A DNA stretch of 56,192 nt from positions 1 to 56,192 of the forward strand of contig CBFHCJ010000001.1 in NCBI GenBank assembly GCA_965654005.1, written 5' to 3'. The stretch's first letter is position 1. Every line of letters starts with the position of its first letter. The notes below the pieces were generated by a model, which saw only the letters and a program-made list of their open reading frames with translations, was not told where the DNA came from and made no database searches. Positions 49,364-56,192 of this stretch are shown here, piece after piece. The DNA is from an uncultured Streptomyces sp. GTDB taxonomy: Bacteria; Actinomycetota; Actinomycetes; Streptomycetales; Streptomycetaceae. The position numbers were made by a program, and so were the translations under genes.

Positions 49364-52088
49364 CCCATCGCGCTGGTGGCAGCCTGCCCTCGACGCACGC
49401 CCCGAGGACCGGCTTGCCCTGGAGGCGGCTGCCGGTCGGCAGCAGCGGTTCGCTCAGCTCGACGCCCTCGCGGCACGGCTGCTGGCCACGGCACTCGCCG
49501 GCCGGCGGGTGGCCTCGGTGGTCAGGGGTACAGGGCCCGAGGCCGCGGACAGCGTCAAGGTGTTGAGACTCACCGCCCGGCAGAAGTCGTGGTGTGCTGA
49601 GGCGTTCGGCGTTCAGGAGCAGCAGCGGCGCGGTGCCTGGTACCTGCCGCAGAAGATGTCGCTGAAAGCCGGGGCGGTGAACCTGCCGCACCTGGTACGC
49701 GAACGGCCCGCCCACGCCATGACGTTGGCCGCGGACGACTCGGCCGGCATCAGCCTGGTGGACGGCTCGGCCGACGCGGTGTTGCTGTGGTCGGTACTGG
49801 TGCCGTTGTTCGACACACTGACCGAGCCGATCCGGGTGCGGGCTGCGGGCCCGGCAAAGACCATCGACGACCAGCGACGGCTGTGGTCCGGCATCGAGGA
49901 ACGCTACCGCCTGCTCGGTGTTGCCGACGAGGCGCTGGAAGCCTTCCGCTTCGGCGGCGGCTGGCACCGGTTGGACCGGCCCGGGCAGCAGCGCGCCCGC
50001 CTGCGTCTCCTGGACGCGCTCACCGCCGTCGATCCGCTGCAACTGGTCACGCGTCATCGCAGCCTGTGCATGCAGGCCCTGATGGCCGGCTTCGCGAAGA
50101 AGGCCGCCAAGACCGGGACCGCCCTGGCGCGCCGGGTCCTGACGCGCCCCCTGCAGCCGGTCGCCTCCGGCTACTTCGCCGGCGACTGGCTGGCCGTACT
50201 GGACTACCTTCAGGCGCCGCCGCACCCGGACGAGGAGGTCATCACCGCGCTGCCCGAGCCGCGCCTGTACGTGGGGATGTCCGCCCAGGCGGCCGGCATG
50301 GCGGCCGAGGCGGGCATCCCGGAGGAAGAAATCCATGCCATGCTCGCGGCCTTCCTCGGCGGCCCGACCTCCCTCTCCCCCGTCGAGGAACGCGTAGCGG
50401 CCCTGCGCGAGTGGTGGACGGCCTTCGACCATGCGCACGCCGTCCAACGGCCCGGCATGCGGTCGCTGTGGGGACTCGTCGATGACGGCATCATGGGCTT
50501 CGGGCCGGACGAGCACGGCTTCACCCAGCAGCTGTACCGGCAGGTGCTGCCCGCCTCGGTCAACGAGCGGGTGGACCGGCTGTGGCAGTCGGTGACCTTG
50601 CAGCGGCACGCCAGGAGCATTGTCAGCAACCCGCAACACCACCAGCTGATGGCCGAAACCCTCGGCCCGGCCCTGGAGTTTTGGCACGGCGTCGCGCTCA
50701 CCGCCTGGTTCGTGTGCGAAGGCCCCTACTCCCGCGCCCCTCTGTCCGGTGTGGCCGACTACTACAGCCGCCCCCTCACCGCGCTGCGAGATGCCGGCTG
50801 CCCTGTCCCGGCGAGCCTGTTCGAGGAACTGCGCACTGCTGAACGGCATTTGAGGCCGGAAGAGTCGATTGTCAGGGACCGCAGGGAGCTCCCGGTGGAC
50901 ACGGCCGCCGGCTCGTTCAGCCTGACCATGAGCTATAGCAGCGGCAGCCGCCGGGAAGGTTTCGAGCGGGTCCGCGATATCGTGACCCGCCATCGCCGTG
51001 CCTGGGCCGATCAGTATCTCGGCACCTACCTTGAGCAGCGCTGGCGCACCGCGCTGGAAGACGTCGCCCGCGCCCATCACCGGCACGTGGCCTCCATGGG
51101 GCGGCCGCCCACCCTGATCCAGTTCGCCCAGTTCGCCACCACCGCGGCCAACCAGTGGACCGGCGGCGACCTCGGCGCCCTGTACACCGCGATCGGCGAG
51201 CCCGCCCCCGCCCATCAGGAGCGCCCGGCCCGACTCCTGCCGGAGGGCGACGGCCATGACTTCGCCCGCCGCGTCTACGCCGCGCTCGGCGGCATCACCG
51301 TCGACGACGACCTGCACGCGAACCAGCCCGAAGAAGCCCGACGGCAATGGCAACTCAGCCGTCTGGCCGTCGAAAGCCTGCGCTACGTACAGCTCCACGA
51401 AGCCCTCGGACAGCCCCCCACGTTCAAACAGTTCGGCTCCGCACGGCTGGCCCTGGCCTGGCCCGGAGGAGAAGCCGAAGGCTGGCCCATCTTCCAGCAC
51501 ACCCTCGCCGCGCTGACCGACACCGCTCTGCCCGCGAGTGCGCCCGCCGCGGAGGCAGCCGAGGACGCTCCCGGTCCGCCGGAAAGCAGCAAGCACCTGC
51601 TGGCCAAGGGGGCCAACGCCCCTCTTCACACCGAATCTGTAGTGGTACGTCTCATCACCACCGGCGCGCCAATCGATGTCTGTGCTGTTCTCCTCACCAG
51701 CCACGGCAAGGTACGCAGCGACGCCGACCTTGTCTTCTACAACCATCCGCACCACGACGGAGTCCGCACCAGCGGCGACACGGTCACCGCGGATCTGTCC
51801 CGCGTTCCCGATGACGTCCACACCGTGGCCGTCATCGTCAGCATCGACCTCGAAGCACAGCCCACGGCCGTCTTCGACCAGCACTCCACATGGCGTGCGG
51901 AGACCACCCAGCCCTCGGGCACCACTCTGTCCTTCGAGCCGGCACCCTTCACTTCGGGCGAGACCGTCTCCATCGTCGTGGAGATCTATCGGCACGCAGC
52001 GGGCTGGAAAGTACGTGCCGTCGGTCAGGGCTACAACACGGGACTCGCCGGCCTGGCCGCGGACTACGGCATCAACGTCGAACCCTGA
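49353..52088 (+). CDS. Large helical protein with C-terminal TerD domain
   Basis: C-terminus LAKGANAPL...GKVRSDADLVFYNHP...VEIYRHAAGWKVRAVGQGY...LAADYGINV. 11-bp overlap with the helicase gene. Confidence 0.85.
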   Translation: MATDPSRWWQPALDARPEDRLALEAAAGRQQRFAQLDALAARLLATALAGRRVASVVRGTGPEAADSVKVLRLTARQKSWCAEAFGVQEQQRRGAWYLPQKMSLKAGAVNLPHLVRERPAHAMTLAADDSAGISLVDGSADAVLLWSVLVPLFDTLTEPIRVRAAGPAKTIDDQRRLWSGIEERYRLLGVADEALEAFRFGGGWHRLDRPGQQRARLRLLDALTAVDPLQLVTRHRSLCMQALMAGFAKKAAKTGTALARRVLTRPLQPVASGYFAGDWLAVLDYLQAPPHPDEEVITALPEPRLYVGMSAQAAGMAAEAGIPEEEIHAMLAAFLGGPTSLSPVEERVAALREWWTAFDHAHAVQRPGMRSLWGLVDDGIMGFGPDEHGFTQQLYRQVLPASVNERVDRLWQSVTLQRHARSIVSNPQHHQLMAETLGPALEFWHGVALTAWFVCEGPYSRAPLSGVADYYSRPLTALRDAGCPVPASLFEELRTAERHLRPEESIVRDRRELPVDTAAGSFSLTMSYSSGSRREGFERVRDIVTRHRRAWADQYLGTYLEQRWRTALEDVARAHHRHVASMGRPPTLIQFAQFATTAANQWTGGDLGALYTAIGEPAPAHQERPARLLPEGDGHDFARRVYAALGGITVDDDLHANQPEEARRQWQLSRLAVESLRYVQLHEALGQPPTFKQFGSARLALAWPGGEAEGWPIFQHTLAALTDTALPASAPAAEAAEDAPGPPESSKHLLAKGANAPLHTESVVVRLITTGAPIDVCAVLLTSHGKVRSDADLVFYNHPHHDGVRTSGDTVTADLSRVPDDVHTVAVIVSIDLEAQPTAVFDQHSTWRAETTQPSGTTLSFEPAPFTSGETVSIVVEIYRHAAGWKVRAVGQGYNTGLAGLAADYGINVEP

Positions 52089-52349
52089 CGGCAATGTCAG
52101 TGCCTGTCGCTAGGGTCGATTCTGTGATCAGTGACGAGGAGCCAAACCCGCCGACCGGCAAGGAGGCACGGCGGAAGGCAGTCCGTCGCTCGTCTCCTGC
52201 CCACAAGTGCGATCGCGACCGAAAGCCACGTTGTCCGTCGGGTACTGCTGGAACTGCTGTGATCGCAGGAACCGTCTTTCATCCCGTGCCCATTGGCTGC
52301 CGGAGTGCGGGAGTTGCAAGAGGTGGCGCACGGCAAGAGAGGGATGGAC

Positions 52350-52700
52350 ATGTCGCATGGGCGGAGGGTCATGGTGACGCTTGCTGCTGTGGCCGTGATC
52401 GTCTCAACTCCCGTTTTCTGGCTGCTGGATGGGCCGGATACCGGGCAGTTGGTGGGGGCTTCGGTCCAGGGCGCCACCGGGGTGTGCGGCCTGTTGTGGG
52501 CCTGGATCCAGTCAGCTACTCGGGCGCGCGACACCGTCACGCGGACGGGACGGGCTGAAGCGTACGGCGGAGGAGAGGCCCACACCGGCATTCGCCGTCG
52601 TCATGGAGGCAGCGGAGTGGGTGGTGTGGAGCAGAGCGGGGATGCAATCGCCCGCGGACAGGGAAGCCGGGCCGGCACCGGCATCGACTACACCGGCTGA
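52350..52700 (+). CDS. Small membrane protein with C-terminal Gly-rich amyloid-like (BASS-type) pseudo-repeat
   Basis: Two hydrophobic segments, then TGRAEAYGGGEAHTG...SGDAIARGQGSRAGTG. Confidence 0.7.
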   Translation: MSHGRRVMVTLAAVAVIVSTPVFWLLDGPDTGQLVGASVQGATGVCGLLWAWIQSATRARDTVTRTGRAEAYGGGEAHTGIRRRHGGSGVGGVEQSGDAIARGQGSRAGTGIDYTG

Positions 52701-52739
52701 GGCAGGCTGCACGCGGCCGGGTGAATGGTGGGAGGGCCG

Positions 52740-54860
52740 ATGAGACGGTTCTGGGTGAGGCGCCCGCCCCGTGCCCAGGGCGGCACCGAGCAAACGGCGC
52801 CGCCCGTCAGTGTCAGCGACAGCGGTGATGCCGTTGCCACGGGTGGTGGCGATGCGCTGAGCGGCTCCCGCGGCCCGAGCCCCCAGACGGATGGCGGGGC
52901 CGTGCGGGTGGAACGGTCAGGCGATGCGATCGCCTCGGCAGCCCATGCGGTGGCCATCAGCGGCCATGTCAGCCAGGTACTGGTCTCCGCTCCCCCGCCG
53001 CGCCAACCGTTGCACTGGCCCGTCCGCCTGGGCTCGGTACCGGTGCTCGCGTCTGCGTTCCAGGACCGGTCCGCGGTACGCGATCGGATCGATCAGGCCA
53101 GGGCCGGCCATACCACGGTGGTGCTGGCCCAGGTCCTGTCCGGCGGCGGAGGCGTGGGCAAGACCCAACTCGCTGCTGCCTATGCCCACCAAGCCCTGGA
53201 GGACGGCATCGACCTGGTGGTGTGGGTCGACGCCAGTGACATCGAGCAGGTCATCGCACGTTACGCGCACGCCGCACACGTCGTGGAGGCTGCGGAACAC
53301 CTTCTGGGCAAGAGCGCTGAGTCCGACGCCGGCCTGTTCCTTCAGTGGCTGGCGACCACCCGGCGTCCATGGCTGCTCATCCTTGACGACCTCACCGATC
53401 CAGAGGCAATGCAGAAGTGGTGGCCGCCGTCGTCCGCTTTCGGCTGCGGCCGCGTCGTGGCGACGACCCGCCGCCACGACGCGGTGCTGTCAGGCGGCGG
53501 CCGAGCCGTGGTGGACATCGACACCTACAGTGCAGAAGAGGCCGAGGCCTATCTGCACGAGCGGCTCGACTCGGCGCATGCCGCCCATCTCATGGACTCT
53601 CAGGCCGGTGAACTGGCTGCGGCGCTAGGCTACCTGCCGCTGGCTCTGTCACACGCGGCCGCCTACATGGTCAACGAAGACGTCCCGTGTGCAGACTATC
53701 TGCACCGCTTCAACGACAGCACGGCCCGCCTGGACGACCTGCTGCCGCGTGCGGCAGACACCGAGGGCTATGGGCGCCAGGTCGCCGCGGCCCTCCTGCT
53801 CTCGTTGGATGTCGCACAAGCGAGCGAGCCCGTCGGCCTGGCTGTTCCGGTCATGCGTCTGGCCGCCGTTCTGGATCCAGCCGGACATCCTCGTTCCCTG
53901 TGGGCCAGCGACGCCGTCACCCGTTACCTCAACACCCAACGCACCCCACTACTCAACGGAGTTACCGCCGCCGTTGATCCCGACCAGGTGCGGGCCGCCC
54001 TGCGACTACTGCACCGCTACGGCCTACTCACCGACCACGCTCAGGCCGGTTCCCGCGCGGTGCGGCTGCACGCCCTGACCGCGCGAGCCGTACGCGAGTG
54101 CACTCCCGATGCCACAGTGCCAGCGGTCGTGAAAACCGCCGTCGACTCATTGAGAGAACTATGCGACGAGGCCTCCTGGTTCGACCGTGAGACGACAGCC
54201 GTACTGCGCACCAACATCGACAGCGTCGATGCATGCGCCGGGGACCTGCTGTGGACGGTCGAAGGCCACTACCTCCTGCGCTGGACTCTGCGCAGTCTGA
54301 TCAGTGCCGGCCTCACCACCGCAGCAGTTCCCTATGGGCAGCGGCTGACCGGCCTCAGTGAACAACTGTTGGGCCGCACTCACCCCATGACCCTCATCAC
54401 TCGACGCGATCTCGCATGGGCCTCCTTCCTCGCTCGCCGTCACAAGGACGCCTTCACGCTCCTGCAGGAGGACTTTCCCCACCAGGACGCGCGGCTGGCC
54501 CGTGAACGACAGGGACCCTCTCCAGCTGCCAATGGGCGCGTCCATGCCGTTGCACTACTGGAGGACACCGCTGCTGTCCGTGCGCGGCTGTTGGGTCCCG
54601 AAGACCCCGCAACCCTGGAATGCCACGTCAATCTCGCCGTCCTGTACTGGTCGCGAGGCGACAGGTCGACGGCCACTGCCCTGCTGGAGCAATCCCTCGT
54701 CGGCTGCCAGGTGACCTTCGGTACCCACCATCCGTACACCACCTCGGTGAACGACCGGCTGTCCCTCTGGCGAGAGCAGCACAAGCGGCACTGGTGGAAC
54801 CGTACGAGCAGCCGGCTGCATCTGATCCGACCAGCGAGGACTGGCGACTCAGTGACGTGA
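52740..54860 (+). CDS. NB-ARC/STAND-TPR (bacterial NLR) with N-terminal amyloid-like motif
   Basis: N-terminal SGDAVATGGGDALSG...SGDAIASAAHAVAISG, GGGGVGKT, LILDDL, LGYLPLAL, and kinesin-light-chain-type TPRs (HPMTL, DPATL, HPYT). Confidence 0.85.
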   Translation: MRRFWVRRPPRAQGGTEQTAPPVSVSDSGDAVATGGGDALSGSRGPSPQTDGGAVRVERSGDAIASAAHAVAISGHVSQVLVSAPPPRQPLHWPVRLGSVPVLASAFQDRSAVRDRIDQARAGHTTVVLAQVLSGGGGVGKTQLAAAYAHQALEDGIDLVVWVDASDIEQVIARYAHAAHVVEAAEHLLGKSAESDAGLFLQWLATTRRPWLLILDDLTDPEAMQKWWPPSSAFGCGRVVATTRRHDAVLSGGGRAVVDIDTYSAEEAEAYLHERLDSAHAAHLMDSQAGELAAALGYLPLALSHAAAYMVNEDVPCADYLHRFNDSTARLDDLLPRAADTEGYGRQVAAALLLSLDVAQASEPVGLAVPVMRLAAVLDPAGHPRSLWASDAVTRYLNTQRTPLLNGVTAAVDPDQVRAALRLLHRYGLLTDHAQAGSRAVRLHALTARAVRECTPDATVPAVVKTAVDSLRELCDEASWFDRETTAVLRTNIDSVDACAGDLLWTVEGHYLLRWTLRSLISAGLTTAAVPYGQRLTGLSEQLLGRTHPMTLITRRDLAWASFLARRHKDAFTLLQEDFPHQDARLARERQGPSPAANGRVHAVALLEDTAAVRARLLGPEDPATLECHVNLAVLYWSRGDRSTATALLEQSLVGCQVTFGTHHPYTTSVNDRLSLWREQHKRHWWNRTSSRLHLIRPARTGDSVT

Positions 54861-55010
54861 CAGGCCCCGGCGAGCAGGACCAGACGGTCGACGCCAGACC
54901 CCAGGACTCCTCGACGTGCGGGCGCTGTAAGGCACAAGTCCCCCACTCAGCGCTCAACTGAGCCCCGAAGCCTGGCCCACGACTGCTCCGGCAACAGCGC
55001 ATCCCCATAG

Positions 55011-55205
55011 AGGTTCTCAAGGATGTCAGGGAATCTCAGACAGATCGAGGGACCGCACCTCAGGCGCTGCAACACTCCAGGACACACATACACGTTTCGT
55101 TAGATGTGCAGCTCATCAAGCATCATCTAAGAAGCAAGATCAATCTCATGCCCAGACAGGGACCAGAGCCGAGAGAACAGCAGAGGATCTCACGCGCCCC
55201 TGACA
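55011..55205 (-). repeat. Candidate Tn7-like transposon end with multiple TnsB-binding sites
   Basis: Minus strand starts TGTCAGGGGCGCGTGAGATCC. Plus-strand cores TTCTCA 55014, ATCTCA 55033, ACCTCA 55057, AGCTCA 55110, ATCTAA 55125, ATCTCA 55143 and ATCTCA 55187 lie in AT-richer DNA. Confidence 0.65.
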
Positions 55206-56192
55206 AGACGAGAACCCACACCGGCGACATGCTCTCCCCCGCCACGGACACAGCCTGGGAGTATCTTGCGCTGGTCGCCGACCGCCACCCCCAGCTCGCG
55301 CAAGAACTCACCGCGGCCGTCGACCAGCAACCCGACCTCCTCACCCACGACACCGTACTCGCCTGGTACGCCCACACCCACCGCGGCGAGCCGCACCTGC
55401 TGCACACCCTGATCGACAACCTCCGGCCGAGCGACACCGGAAGCCGGGACGTCGCACCCCTGCTCCTGGCCGACCCCCTGGTCCTCGGCCTCGACCCGGC
55501 GAGCGTGCAACGCGCACTGCACACCGAACTGGGCCCACGACACAGCAGTTACCCGCTCCCCGCCTCCGGTTCGTTCCTCGCCCTGGCCGCCGGGTTCCCC
55601 GACGACACAGCCGTCGCCAGCGCCTGGGAGGCCCTCCAGCGCGAGCGCGACCTGCACGGACACGTCGAGGTGGACGTGTCGGTGTACTACCCGCTGGCCT
55701 ACGCAGCCGTCGAGACTGCCGGCTTCGTGGACCAGGTAGCCCACGACAGCGCATGGATCTGCAGTCACTTCACCAAGGACGTCGACCCGCCGTTCGCCCA
55801 GGCCGTCATCCGCCGCCTGGAGCGTGAAGGGAGAAATCCTCGACCTTGGGGCCGGAAGCTGCAACGCTCGCGCTGCCTTCGCCGTCCTGGACCTCCTGCG
55901 CGACCCGGCACGGCTGACCGAACGCGCCTGGTCGACCGGCACTGCCGCGTCCTGGTCCTGTCGATGTCGGACGCGGTCGTTGCCGGCCGGGTCCTTGACG
56001 GCGAGCGCGGCGAGGACGACCCAGTTGGTTCGGCGCCTGCTGGGTGCTGGTCTGCTGCGTCGGCGATCGGCTCGCATGGTGTCGTTGGCCGGCAGGAGGG
56101 CGGCAAGGGCGAGGTTGGCGGCGACGGTAACGGTCAGCGACGACCAGCCGGTCACGAGCCGAGTTCACCACAGGCAGCAGCAGCCCGCGGGC
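55206..56192 (+). pseudogene. 5'-truncated coding fragment immediately outside the transposon end
   Basis: A GC3-biased frame from 55208 (TRTHTGDMLSPATDTAWEYLALVADRHPQLAQEL...) begins abruptly after TGACA. Codon bias degrades after ~55830. Confidence 0.55.

Larger units (their letters stand above)
1..55205. mobile_element. Putative single-ended Tn7-like telomeric transposon (tap/tpg/ttrA + tniQ/tnsA/tnsB/tnsC, one transposon end at 55205)
   Basis: Telomere genes lie adjacent to Tn7-like genes. Terminal TGT (minus strand) with repeated TGAG-core sites at 55011-55205. A coding frame is truncated right after 55205. ttrA sits at the window start, and no second end was seen. Confidence 0.7.

Noticed and set aside
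46746-52088. Shango or tellurite-resistance operon call
   Set aside because: No TerB domain, no separate ATPase gene and no other ter genes
48864-52094. 1076-aa minus-strand ORF and similar long antisense ORFs (816-2252, 17172-18563, 31991-33592)
   Set aside because: Shadow frames of real GC3-biased genes, with no motifs
37080-55205. CRISPR-associated transposon
   Set aside because: No cas genes and no repeat-spacer array; the 30611 array has no spacers
55190-56155. 321-aa minus-strand ORF
   Set aside because: Mostly antisense to the better-biased plus-strand fragment

Overview
High-GC actinomycete (Streptomyces-like) DNA that looks like the left arm of a linear replicon. A TtrA-type terminal helicase sits at 237 bp. 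A core module at 31.6-42.6 kb places the telomere-maintenance genes tpg-tap-ttrA back to back with a Tn7-like tniQ-tnsA-tnsB-tnsC operon. A single candidate Tn7-like end (...TGACA at 55205, preceded by several ATCTCA-type repeats) truncates a host gene, and I found no matching left end. The best model is a ~55.2-kb single-ended telomeric transposon whose other end is the replicon terminus. The cargo is dense in defence/conflict genes: an MBL / E2-E1-JAB / patatin ubiquitin-like operon, three HEPN-motif proteins, a REase-pseudo-Fic fusion, a DnaX(tau)-domain-nuclease fusion, a nuclease-helicase/TerD operon, an amyloid-motif NLR pair, an inactive-STAND operon, an intact IS5 and several relics. 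All assignments come from motif recognition by eye; no database searches were run.
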